Part shown: positions 47,759 to 55,898 of the stretch, piece after piece
Layout of the letters: the number at the start of each line of letters is the position of its first letter
Numbering within the stretch: the stretch's first letter is position 1
IMG/VR virus record: IMGVR_UViG_3300017752_004327
Coordinates: 1-56,985 of that record
DNA length: 56,985 nucleotides
Direction: 5' to 3' (one strand)
Source of the DNA: a virus
Lineage: Duplodnaviria > Caudoviricetes
Made by a program: the position numbers and the translations under genes
The notes under the pieces: model-generated
Seen by the model: only the letters and a program-made list of their open reading frames with translations
The model's database searches: none
Told to the model about the DNA's origin: nothing

Positions 47759-48379
47759 TTATTTTTCTATTTTGGACATTAATCTTACGTCCCAAGCCAA
47801 AATAGTTCTAGTACCTTCACCTTTCCACGGATATACTGTATGTGGAATATGGCTAGGAAAGATAATCATTTTGAGCGGCTGCGGATGGAATCTCCACTGG
47901 TCTGTAAAAATTAAGTGTGCAGGATTTCTTACTACTGGAAACCTAAATTCTATTTGGGAATCTGAAGATTTTGACTCACTATCTAGATCAGGCACATCAA
48001 TATATATGTTTCCGCTGATATGTGCTTCGTGATTGTGTAATGCTTGATAATCACCTTGTGTTTGCTTAATGGTCCAAGCACTAATCAGTTCAGGATCATA
48101 GCCTGCAAGATCAACAACACCTTGTGTTCTTACTACATTATCAATATATTCTTTACAACGACTTTCAATAAATGTTTTAAGAAAGTCAGTGTCTAGTCCA
48201 AACTCATTAGGGACTAGTTGTACTTGTTGACCACCTCTGATACTAATGTTAGGATTGCCCTCGTCATTATGTTCGTGCTGTTCGTGTGCGTGGTCGACAA
48301 TATGTTTTAGTTGAATATGGACTTCAGACGAAATATCGTCTACTGCCATTACTGTTGGATTAAAATAAGCATACTTCAT
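47759..48379 (-). CDS. Fe(II)/2OG oxygenase-like protein (TIGR02466-like)
   Basis: SAW.....GDYQ.LHNH, ISGNIYI, IFPSHIPHTVYP, R.ILAW. Confidence 0.75.
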   Translation of the reverse strand: MKYAYFNPTVMAVDDISSEVHIQLKHIVDHAHEQHEHNDEGNPNISIRGGQQVQLVPNEFGLDTDFLKTFIESRCKEYIDNVVRTQGVVDLAGYDPELISAWTIKQTQGDYQALHNHEAHISGNIYIDVPDLDSESKSSDSQIEFRFPVVRNPAHLIFTDQWRFHPQPLKMIIFPSHIPHTVYPWKGEGTRTILAWDVRLMSKIEK

Positions 48380-48390
48380 ATCAATATTTA

Positions 48391-48417
48391 TGGGGCAGCA
48401 CTATTAGTACTACCCCA
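48391..48417 (-). terminator. Stem-loop after dnaK (possible terminator or stabiliser; no U tract)
   Basis: UGGGGUAGUAC-UAAUA-GUGCUGCCCCA, 11-bp stem with two G-U pairs, followed directly by TAAATA. Confidence 0.45.
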
Positions 48418-48423
48418 TTCTGA

Positions 48424-50310
48424 TTACTTCTGTTCTTCGTTGACAACTTCAGCATCAATAACTTCGCCTTCGTCACTGTTACCATTTGCTTCAGGTGCTT
48501 GTTGCGCCTGTGCATCTTTATAAATGGCTTCACCTAACTTTTGGCTTGCTGTAATTAATGCTTCTTGTTTAGTTTTAATATCATCGACATTGTCTTGTTT
48601 AATTGCTTCAGCAAGTTCTTCTTTTGCTTTTACAATACTGTCTTTGATTTCAGCATCAACTTTGTCACCGTGTTCTTCTAAAGTTTTATCTGTTGAATGT
48701 ACAAGTGCATCTGCCTGATTTTTTACATCAATTGCTTCACGCTTGGCTTTGTCTGCTTCTGCATTTGCTTCTGCATCTTTAACCATTTGTTCAATCTCTA
48801 CATCACTTAGTCCACCGTCGGACTTGATTGAGATTGTTTGTGCTTTGCCTGTGCCTTTATCAGTTGCACTTACATTAACAATACCGTTTGCATCAATATC
48901 AAATGTTACTTCAATCTGTGGCATACCTCTTGGTGCAGGAGCAATTCCTTCTAGATTAAAATTACCAAGACGCTTGTTGTCGTTGGCCATTTCTCTTTCA
49001 CCTTGCACAACACTAATTGTAACAGCACTTTGATTGTCGTCTGCTGTTGAGAACACTTGTGACTGCTTAGTTGGAATCGTTGTGTTCTTTTCAATTAGTT
49101 TAGTTGTTACACCACCAAGTGTTTCAATACCTAATGATAATGGAGTTACATCTAGTAACAGCACATCTTTAACATCGCCACTTAGTACACCTGCTTGAAT
49201 AGCAGCACCTAGTGCTACAACTTCATCTGGGTTTACACCTTTGTTAGGTTCTTTACCAAAGTAGTTTTGTACTGCTTCTTGTACTTTAGGCATACGTGTT
49301 TGTCCGCCTACAAGAATTACTTCTGTAATGTCTGACTTACTAACACCTGCATCTTTCATTGCTACTTCACAAGGTTTAATACTGCGTGTCACAAGTTCAT
49401 CTACAAGACTTTCAAACTTTGCTCTAGTAATTTTTAAGTTTAAGTGTTTAGGTCCTGTTGCATCTGCTGTAATAAATGGCAAACTGATATCTGTTTGTGT
49501 TGCACTTGAAAGTTCAATCTTTGCTTTCTCTGCTGCTTCACGCACACGCTGTAGTGCAAGTTTATCGTTTGCTAAGTCTACTGCATCAGACTTTTTAAAT
49601 TCATCGATGATATACTGTGTAAGTGCAGCATCAAAGTCTTCACCACCTAGTGTTGTATCACCATTTGTTGAAAGCACTTCGAATACACCGTCACCTAGTT
49701 CAATGATAGATACATCAAATGTACCACCACCTAAGTCATATACAACAATTTTACCTGCGTCTTTTTTATCAAGACCGTATGCAAGTGCTGCCGCAGTTGG
49801 TTCGTTTACAATACGTAGAACTTCTAGTCCTGCAATCTTACCTGCGTCTTTAGTTGCTTGACGTTGTGCATCATTAAAGTATGCTGGTACTGTAATAACT
49901 GCTTTGTCTACAGTTTCGCCTGAATATTTTTCAGCAGTCTCTTTCATCTTTGTAAGAACTTGTGCTGAGATTTGTTGTGGCGATAGTTCTTTGCCGTTGG
50001 CTTCTACCCACGCATCTCCTGCATTTGATTTTACAATTTTATACGGAAGTGTCTTTGCGTCCTTCTTAACTTCTGGACTATCAAACTTTCTACCAATCAA
50101 ACGTTTGGCAGCGTAAATTGTGTTTTCTGCATTTGTGATTGCTTGACGTTTTGCTGCAACACCAACAAGTGTTTGCTCGTCAGTATACCCTACAATACTT
50201 GGTGTAGTACGTGCGCCTTCTGCATTTTCGATTACTTTTGGGTCTGCGCCGCTTAGAATAGCAACACAAGAATTTGTCGTACCGAGATCGATACCTATTA
50301 CTTTACTCAT
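48424..50310 (-). CDS. dnaK: Hsp70 chaperone DnaK
   Basis: [61 protein letters not shown]; full length. Confidence 0.98.
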   Translation of the reverse strand: MSKVIGIDLGTTNSCVAILSGADPKVIENAEGARTTPSIVGYTDEQTLVGVAAKRQAITNAENTIYAAKRLIGRKFDSPEVKKDAKTLPYKIVKSNAGDAWVEANGKELSPQQISAQVLTKMKETAEKYSGETVDKAVITVPAYFNDAQRQATKDAGKIAGLEVLRIVNEPTAAALAYGLDKKDAGKIVVYDLGGGTFDVSIIELGDGVFEVLSTNGDTTLGGEDFDAALTQYIIDEFKKSDAVDLANDKLALQRVREAAEKAKIELSSATQTDISLPFITADATGPKHLNLKITRAKFESLVDELVTRSIKPCEVAMKDAGVSKSDITEVILVGGQTRMPKVQEAVQNYFGKEPNKGVNPDEVVALGAAIQAGVLSGDVKDVLLLDVTPLSLGIETLGGVTTKLIEKNTTIPTKQSQVFSTADDNQSAVTISVVQGEREMANDNKRLGNFNLEGIAPAPRGMPQIEVTFDIDANGIVNVSATDKGTGKAQTISIKSDGGLSDVEIEQMVKDAEANAEADKAKREAIDVKNQADALVHSTDKTLEEHGDKVDAEIKDSIVKAKEELAEAIKQDNVDDIKTKQEALITASQKLGEAIYKDAQAQQAPEANGNSDEGEVIDAEVVNEEQK

Positions 50311-50367
50311 CTCTTTTCTCCTTTATTAAGCGAGTTATATTTTGAACCTTTTCAGCGTTCAAATATA
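50311..50367 (-). promoter_or_regulatory. ROSE-like RNA thermometer in the dnaK 5' UTR
   Basis: Hairpin UUUGAAC/GUUCAAA followed by CUC-G-CU-UAAUAA-AGGAG: the U(U/C)GCU motif pairs with the SD leaving a bulged G. Confidence 0.6.
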
Positions 50368-50415
50368 TTTATCATACACATATTATATATGCATTTATAT
50401 CTGAATTACAAGAGA

Positions 50416-51477
50416 TTATTTTACCAAATACGGATCAACGTCTATATACTTCCCCCATTCGCTGTAATAATGGCGCATACCTACTTCATCGTGTATTGTT
50501 CCGTTTTCGTGTCTACCGTGTAGTATACGTCTGTTTTCAGTACCTTCACGCATTGTTGTTCCTTGTCCTGCTACACCAATTAGGTCTTCGTGTAGGTTAC
50601 GTCCAAACGGTCCCCATATGCTGTTGTGATGGTTGATACGTGTGCGTCTTTCTTCTGGTGTGTCTTTGCGTAGACCATAACCTCTAAACTCTATAAGCAC
50701 TTTGTTCGGACCTAATGGTGTTACTGAGTCTGAACGATATGCGGAACCCCGTAAGTTAAAATTAAAGCCTGGAAACAAGTCTACCATATACCATTGGTTA
50801 GGTGGTAGATTAGGAAAGGACAGTTCGCCTCTATCTTCGAAGCCTTCATACTCTTCGTAGTTTACAGTAAAACTACTAACGTTAACGTGTCCGTTATCAA
50901 AGGGTATGTTCTTGCGAGCAAAGTATTCATCGTTAAATCCACTTACACGATTGAAGTAGTGCATAAAGTCGTGATAGAACTCACTGTTAGTATCGTGCCA
51001 CAGTTTGTAGTTTGTATCTATAATTGCTTTGTGGTAATGAAATACTTCCATTTCTTCTGTGTCAATAGCATCAGCAATGCAATCAAATGCTCCTGCTGTC
51101 CATTGTTCTACACTTTGCGTTGGATTAGGATCAAGTGTTACCCATACCATACCTCCGTGCTTTACTTCGCAATGTAGTTGTGGTTCAACTGTTACAATAG
51201 GTGCTCCTAGTGTTCCACTAGGTGACCAACTGCCATAGTTACGATATGCTCTAACACCATCGCCTGTGTTGTATGCAATAACATTAATACCTGCTATCTG
51301 TGTTGTACGGTAGTCTAGTTTGTTATACATCTCAGAGATGTGGCACATAGGCACCCATACTTTACTAAAGATACGTTCTTGTTCTTGTGCAAATATTTCT
51401 GGATCGTTGTAGGCTGTGCTACTAATTGATTCTACGTTTGGTTGTGCTAACCAACTCTTATGATTACGTGGCGGCAT
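50416..51477 (-). CDS. Ring-hydroxylating oxygenase alpha-subunit homologue (methanesulfonate monooxygenase MsmA-like) lacking Rieske ligands
   Basis: Y.D..IF..E...IF...W, NYKLWHDTNSEFYHDFMH, HED catalytic-domain motifs; no CxH...CxxH. Confidence 0.75.
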   Translation of the reverse strand: MPPRNHKSWLAQPNVESISSTAYNDPEIFAQEQERIFSKVWVPMCHISEMYNKLDYRTTQIAGINVIAYNTGDGVRAYRNYGSWSPSGTLGAPIVTVEPQLHCEVKHGGMVWVTLDPNPTQSVEQWTAGAFDCIADAIDTEEMEVFHYHKAIIDTNYKLWHDTNSEFYHDFMHYFNRVSGFNDEYFARKNIPFDNGHVNVSSFTVNYEEYEGFEDRGELSFPNLPPNQWYMVDLFPGFNFNLRGSAYRSDSVTPLGPNKVLIEFRGYGLRKDTPEERRTRINHHNSIWGPFGRNLHEDLIGVAGQGTTMREGTENRRILHGRHENGTIHDEVGMRHYYSEWGKYIDVDPYLVK

Positions 51478-51505
51478 ATAATTCTCCTTATGCTATATTT
51501 AAATT

Positions 51506-51549
51506 ATTATAACAGAGAAAAACGCCTAAGTCTAATAGGCTGTATCTAT
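51506..51549 (-). promoter_or_regulatory. Sigma70-type promoter with adjacent LysR-type inverted repeat
   Basis: TAGACT - 17 nt - TATAAT; ATAG-N7-CTAT (51535-51549) abutting the -35. Confidence 0.45.
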
Positions 51550-51563
51550 TACTACATAGACTG

Positions 51564-51638
51564 TGGCTGGAACGATAGGACTCGAACCTATACTCTGCGC
51601 TACCAAAAAGCGATGCATTACCATTATGCTACGTTCCA
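51564..51638 (-). tRNA. tRNA-Gln(UUG)
   Basis: Cloverleaf TGGAACG..CGTTCCA-GCCA, anticodon loop TTTTGGT, TTCGAGT T-loop, encoded CCA. Confidence 0.9.
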
Positions 51639-51649
51639 TTGCCAGTAAC

Positions 51650-51725
51650 TGGTGCCGGCGACAAGATTCGAACTCGTGACCTACTGATTACAAATCAGTT
51701 GCTCTACCAACTGAGCTACGCCGGC
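51650..51725 (-). tRNA. tRNA-Thr(UGU)
   Basis: GCCGGCG..CGCCGGC-ACCA, D-arm AGCTCAGTTGGTAGAGC, loop TTTGTAA, TTCGAAT. Confidence 0.95.
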
Positions 51726-51731
51726 TTCGTA

Positions 51732-52400
51732 TTAATTATTGTAGTTTTCTTCCCACTTAGAAAGATCTGATAGTGTATTGATTTCAATGCCTTTGAATTC
51801 TACTTCAACTACACCAATCTCTATATCATTTTGAATCCAGCGCAACTGTTCTAGTTTTTCAATATCTTCTTCAGGATATTGTACAAGGTCTTTGTAACTA
51901 GTCAGTTCAACATTCTTGTATCCGTAGATACCCAGGTGATGATCACCGTAACCAGTTATGCCTCTACCAAACCATTTGGCTGTTTTGTTGTTGTGTAAAA
52001 TCTTTACACTGTTAGGATCACTACGCTGTTCTTCTGTCATAGTAGTATATGCAGTTGCTACATTATATTCTTCTAATACACTATGCACACTATGAATAAT
52101 ATCAGCAGTAATGTCAGGCATATCGCCTTGTACATTTATAAAGTTTGTATAATTAATGTACTCTGTTGCTAACACACATCTAGCAGTGCCGTTTTCTGCA
52201 TCACCGACTAGTAGTGTGTTGTCTTTGCCTATTACATCTACAATTTCTTTATCTGGTGTAACTACAAATGTATCAAAGCCTGTTTCAATACAGCGATTAT
52301 ATACGTGCTTGATTAAAGGCACACCATTTAGTTCTGCTAACATTTTGTTAGGAAATCTTGTACTGGCTAGTCTAGCCGGTATTGTTATCGCTGTGTTCAA
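51732..52400 (-). CDS. kdsB: CMP-KDO synthetase (3-deoxy-manno-octulosonate cytidylyltransferase)
   Basis: IPARLASTRFPNK.L, NGTAR, INVQGD.P, HLGIYGY, EKLEQLR, EINT..DL. Confidence 0.92.
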   Translation of the reverse strand: MNTAITIPARLASTRFPNKMLAELNGVPLIKHVYNRCIETGFDTFVVTPDKEIVDVIGKDNTLLVGDAENGTARCVLATEYINYTNFINVQGDMPDITADIIHSVHSVLEEYNVATAYTTMTEEQRSDPNSVKILHNNKTAKWFGRGITGYGDHHLGIYGYKNVELTSYKDLVQYPEEDIEKLEQLRWIQNDIEIGVVEVEFKGIEINTLSDLSKWEENYNN

Positions 52401-52611
52401 CTTGTTTTCCTTTTTGTAAAAATACTATAAGTTCATCTGACTTTCTTAGAAGGCCATTTGGCTGGACAACAAACACATCACCTGGCTTATATAAATGACT
52501 ACCTTTATAGGTTCCATCTTGATTTAGTCCCATTACTTCGCCTTCCCAGTCGCCTTTGACAGTAAAACTACCATCAGGATAACTCTCAACTAGATAATCC
52601 ATCCATAACAT
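52372..52611 (-). CDS. Hypothetical protein
   Basis: 79-aa ORF with AAGGAG SD and upstream TAAATA. Confidence 0.65.
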   Translation of the reverse strand: MLWMDYLVESYPDGSFTVKGDWEGEVMGLNQDGTYKGSHLYKPGDVFVVQPNGLLRKSDELIVFLQKGKQVEHSDNNTG

Positions 52612-52647
52612 ATAACGTACTCCTTTTATCTGCGTACTTTATATTTA

Positions 52648-53142
52648 TTAGAATCCGCCTATCTGTTGTTGAGCTATCCTGACAAGTGTTTGATCTGCTT
52701 TAGTTAACACATCAAGCAAAGCAATCTTCTCTTGCTTGTATATTTTCCAGAAGCTCGGATCGTGCCTTTCGATACTGTCCGTATTATGGATCAAGTCAGC
52801 AACCTTTATAGTCTGTGCTTCAGCAGGTGCTTGAGCACTGTGTTCTCTATCAAGAGCCTTCCTTGTCTTTCTATTACCATCTTCCGGTTTACTTACATCA
52901 GTCAACCAACCTACAAGTTCAGCAACCTTGTAACCAAACTTTGCTTCAACTTGTTCAATAGTAACATCAGTATCTTCCACAACATCGTGAAGTAATGCAG
53001 CCGCAACCATTTCGTCCGTATGTTCTACAGTCTTAACAATTTCAGATACAGCAATAGGGTGGACAATATACGGATCTCCCGTGTACTTCCTTTTCTGATC
53101 TATGTGTGCCAATGTGGCAAATTTTAAAACTTCATCTAACAT
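52648..53142 (-). CDS. HD-domain small alarmone ((p)ppGpp) hydrolase-like protein
   Basis: AH..QKRK..G.PYI.HP, AALLHDVVEDT, IK.AD..HN. Confidence 0.85.
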   Translation of the reverse strand: MLDEVLKFATLAHIDQKRKYTGDPYIVHPIAVSEIVKTVEHTDEMVAAALLHDVVEDTDVTIEQVEAKFGYKVAELVGWLTDVSKPEDGNRKTRKALDREHSAQAPAEAQTIKVADLIHNTDSIERHDPSFWKIYKQEKIALLDVLTKADQTLVRIAQQQIGGF

Positions 53143-53161
53143 ACTACACCTCCGTGGTGTT

Positions 53162-53236
53162 TGGTAGTCCCTAGGAGAATCGAACTCCTCTTTTCAGGAT
53201 GAAAACCTGATGTCCTAACCGATAGACGAAGGGACC
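53162..53236 (-). tRNA. tRNA-Glu(UUC)
   Basis: GGTCCCT..AGGGACT-ACCA, TCAGG-TTTTCAT-CCTGA anticodon arm, TTCGATT. Confidence 0.93.
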
Positions 53237-53241
53237 ATAAT

Positions 53242-53317
53242 TGGCAGAGGTACACAGATTTGAACTGCGACTTACAGTTTTGGAGACTGTCGTGCTAACC
53301 GTTAACACTATACCCCT
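53242..53317 (-). tRNA. tRNA-Trp(CCA)
   Basis: AGGGGTA..TACCTCT-GCCA, ACAGT-CTCCAAA-ACTGT anticodon arm, TTCAAAT. Confidence 0.92.
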
Positions 53318-53332
53318 TTACTTTAAGTTAGT

Positions 53333-53361
53333 ACTATACTGTCTTTGATTTGGTTTGTCAA
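53333..53361 (-). promoter_or_regulatory. Sigma70-type promoter for the tRNA-Trp/Glu pair
   Basis: TTGACA - 17 nt - TATAGT, ~15 nt upstream of tRNA-Trp. Confidence 0.75.
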
Positions 53362-53645
53362 CCATTATCTTCTGGATTATATTGTGTCATTAAGATATTC
53401 TTACCTATCTCAAACAATCCAATGCCAGCAGCAACATCGCCTACATAGCAATGTATTTGTGCATCACCGTGTTTATCTAAACTAGTTGCAACTAGTTCAG
53501 TAATATTGCCTTCTTCAATTTCTTCTTTTATATGTTCAAGGATGTCTAAAAGATTTTGCTTTCGTAATGCAACTCTTTCTTCATTTTCCTGTTCCGGCTT
53601 TTTAATAATGTCGTTTATGCTAATTACTTTCATTTTGTGCCTCAT
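53358..53645 (-). CDS. Hypothetical protein
   Basis: 95-aa ORF packed in the operon. Confidence 0.65.
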   Translation of the reverse strand: MRHKMKVISINDIIKKPEQENEERVALRKQNLLDILEHIKEEIEEGNITELVATSLDKHGDAQIHCYVGDVAAGIGLFEIGKNILMTQYNPEDNG

Positions 53646-53650
53646 ATGCT

Positions 53651-54211
53651 TTAAAGTACTTTATCTGCAAGATCCATATCAACCATTTGCTTTGCTGTGT
53701 AATACTGGTCGCTTTTACTATTGAATCTCTCCTTGGCTTCTGATAACGATATGCCTGCGCCATCTTTGATAATGTTTAATGCTCTTGTTTCACAATTAAC
53801 ATTCTCAGCCATTGCCGCTTTCATATCGTGCATTTTACTTTCCCAACTATCAGTATGTTGGTGATTCATAATTCCTGCGTTCTTACCTATATAACGATGT
53901 CCTTTCGTTCCTGAAATAAAAATCAAAAATGCTGCACTCATTACAGCACCTATACCTATTGTACTAATTGTGTGCTTGCTATTTTTCATTGTGTCAATAA
54001 GTGCAAAACACTCGTACAAGTCACCGCCTGTACTATTGACATACAATTTTAATGTCTTTTTAGTAGATTGTAAATCACGTGATACTATAAACTTAATAGC
54101 ATCTGCAATGTTTTCGCTACTAATGTCTCCGCATAGATAATGAATATCATTATCCAAGAGACTTTTGTCAATTGCATCGCTTGCTGTCCAATTATCATAG
54201 TTCTGAGCCAT
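53651..54211 (-). CDS. clpP: ClpP-family protease subunit
   Basis: LYVNSTGG, GAVMSAA (Ser), IMNHQ (His), SDQYYTA (Asp), LADKV. Confidence 0.85.
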   Translation of the reverse strand: MAQNYDNWTASDAIDKSLLDNDIHYLCGDISSENIADAIKFIVSRDLQSTKKTLKLYVNSTGGDLYECFALIDTMKNSKHTISTIGIGAVMSAAFLIFISGTKGHRYIGKNAGIMNHQHTDSWESKMHDMKAAMAENVNCETRALNIIKDGAGISLSEAKERFNSKSDQYYTAKQMVDMDLADKVL

Positions 54212-54224
54212 ACTGTATTATACC

Positions 54225-54458
54225 TTAAACTGTGGTTGTTGTCAACTGTTCTTGTGTTCCAAAATAACTTGCATACTTTAGTGCAAACATAGTTGCATCC
54301 TTATGATCTGCAAAGAAAAATTTGTTACCTCGATTGTAGAATTTAAATTGGCAATTTTTTAGAGCCCACGCTAACATTTCTGCGTTAGCATAATAGTCAT
54401 TTTCTGTGTCTATTTTGTGCCAATTATTTACAACCTTTAATATATTGTCATCTCTCAT
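54225..54458 (-). CDS. Hypothetical protein
   Basis: C-terminal FF....DATMFALK motif; TAAGTA 5 nt before ATG. Confidence 0.65.
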   Translation of the reverse strand: MRDDNILKVVNNWHKIDTENDYYANAEMLAWALKNCQFKFYNRGNKFFFADHKDATMFALKYASYFGTQEQLTTTTV

Positions 54459-54495
54459 ATAATTACTTATCTACTATGTGGTTATAGTAGTACAT

Positions 54496-54524
54496 ATTAT
54501 AACATAGCATATTTCAAGTGTCAA
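54496..54524 (-). promoter_or_regulatory. Sigma70-type early promoter
   Basis: TTGACA (54524-54519) - 17 nt - TATAAT (54501-54496). Confidence 0.85.
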
Positions 54525-54568
54525 GTGCTAAATACAAGCATAGTAAGTTATTACTAGGAGCGAAAATA

Positions 54569-54847
54569 ATGGATTTTTTAACTTTTGTAGGGGAAGTCGG
54601 TTTCCCTATAGCAGGAGCAATAGCCGCGGGCTATTTTGTCTTTCTTACCTTAAAATTTATATTAGCATCTGTTACGGGTAGCGTTAATGGACTCAAGAAC
54701 ATTATCGGTGCTTTAGACAATCGTGTTCAAACTATGAACAACGATCTAATTAAAATTGACGCATTGCTTAGTCACGTTGTTGGAGTAAAACCTAACATCG
54801 ACAGACTTGCAGCCAACGAAGGAAAGGAGGACGCTAGACGTGATTAA
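54569..54847 (+). CDS. Small single-pass membrane/coiled-coil protein (GFPI type)
   Basis: Start revised to ATG 54569 (AGGAG SD); VGFPIAGAIAAGYFVF..LDNRV..MNNDLIKID. Confidence 0.75.
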   Translation: MDFLTFVGEVGFPIAGAIAAGYFVFLTLKFILASVTGSVNGLKNIIGALDNRVQTMNNDLIKIDALLSHVVGVKPNIDRLAANEGKEDARRD

Positions 54848-54968
54848 GACAGGACACAAAACTTCAGACTTATGGATATCTAAACAAGCAATATGGATGG
54901 ATAAAGATATGTTTATCTGTGGTGCAGTTTGTTTAGTTATTGGTTTAGTTATTGGAGTATTAGTATAA
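54840..54968 (+). CDS. 42-aa membrane peptide
   Basis: Not in ORF track. GTG start after AGGAGG; MIKTGHKTSDLWISKQAIWMDKDMFICGAVCLVIGLVIGVLV; TAATG overlap with next gene. Confidence 0.55.
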   Translation: MIKTGHKTSDLWISKQAIWMDKDMFICGAVCLVIGLVIGVLV

Positions 54969-55300
54969 TGACAACAGAACTAGCAACTGCAATTAAAGAC
55001 TTTGGTTTTCCTATTGTCGCAGCAATGGGTCTTGGTTACTTTGTATACTATGTATGGAAATGGGTAACTGTAGAAATTAAACCTGTAATTGGGCAAGCCA
55101 ATTCAACACTTATAAAACTAGTTGATCGTATTAGAATGTTAGATAATGATATGATTAGACTTAACACTAAATTGTCGATGGTGTTAGAACACTATCAACA
55201 AAAGGGTATGCAGAAAGATAAAGACCTAGAAGATATCATTCAGCGATACTCATCAAAAAGTGAATCATTTGATTCATCAGGAGCGAAGAAAGACAAATAG
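54968..55300 (+). CDS. Small single-pass membrane/coiled-coil protein, paralogue of 54569..54847
   Basis: FGFPIVAAMGLGYFVY..LVDRI..LDNDMIRLN; start revised to ATG 54968. Confidence 0.75.
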   Translation: MTTELATAIKDFGFPIVAAMGLGYFVYYVWKWVTVEIKPVIGQANSTLIKLVDRIRMLDNDMIRLNTKLSMVLEHYQQKGMQKDKDLEDIIQRYSSKSESFDSSGAKKDK

Positions 55301-55323
55301 CCAGAGACGAAAGGAGCGATTCG

Positions 55324-55746
55324 ATGAAGGCAGTAATAGCAATAGTAGGGACAGTACTTTTTTGTACAACTATATGGTCCTTTGCAGCACACGCAACACC
55401 CAGCAATGACGCAATGAAACAGTGTCTTGCTAAATTTAATTATACACCAGACCAATTTGATACATTTGATTGGAGTAAAGCCGCAGGCTGCCATTCAGAT
55501 TATAGAACAGCAGTCAACAAAGCAAACCTTGAAGAGTTGAAAGACTTTCTAAAGCATAATCCAAGATACAGAGTGCCAGGACAAAGTATGAACCGTTGTT
55601 GGGGCAAGCCTAGAGAAATGCCATTTGAAAGTGCATACATTGAACGCAATGGTGACGGATTCAAAGCAGGTGTAAGTTACAAAGATACAATGCCAGCAGG
55701 ATGTTATGAAAATGCACCTTGGGACAACAGAGACCTAAATGATTAA
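55324..55746 (+). CDS. Hypothetical secreted protein
   Basis: Signal-peptide-like N-terminus ending AHA, 4 Cys in mature part; AAGGAG SD. Confidence 0.7.
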   Translation: MKAVIAIVGTVLFCTTIWSFAAHATPSNDAMKQCLAKFNYTPDQFDTFDWSKAAGCHSDYRTAVNKANLEELKDFLKHNPRYRVPGQSMNRCWGKPREMPFESAYIERNGDGFKAGVSYKDTMPAGCYENAPWDNRDLND

Positions 55747-55879
55747 AGTTGTAGTATTCATATTAGCTCTAATGTTTTGTGGGTACCTATTCGCAAACAA
55801 TCCTAGCAAAGACTATTGGGAAAATGTTGGACCACGTTGGGACAAGATGCTAAATCCTTGCGACACTAAGCAGTGCTAA
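55739..55879 (+). CDS. 46-aa hypothetical membrane/secreted peptide
   Basis: Not in ORF track. MIKVVVFILALMFCGYLFANNPSKDYWENVGPRWDKMLNPCDTKQC; fills the gap. Confidence 0.55.
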   Translation: MIKVVVFILALMFCGYLFANNPSKDYWENVGPRWDKMLNPCDTKQC

Positions 55880-55898
55880 ATTTAAATAAATATGTGTG

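Noticed and set aside
53162-53236. tRNA-Glu as C5-pathway substrate feeding hemC/hemE
   Set aside because: No hemA/hemL here, alphaproteobacteria typically use the C4 (ALAS) route, and the UUC anticodon simply matches frequent GAA codons
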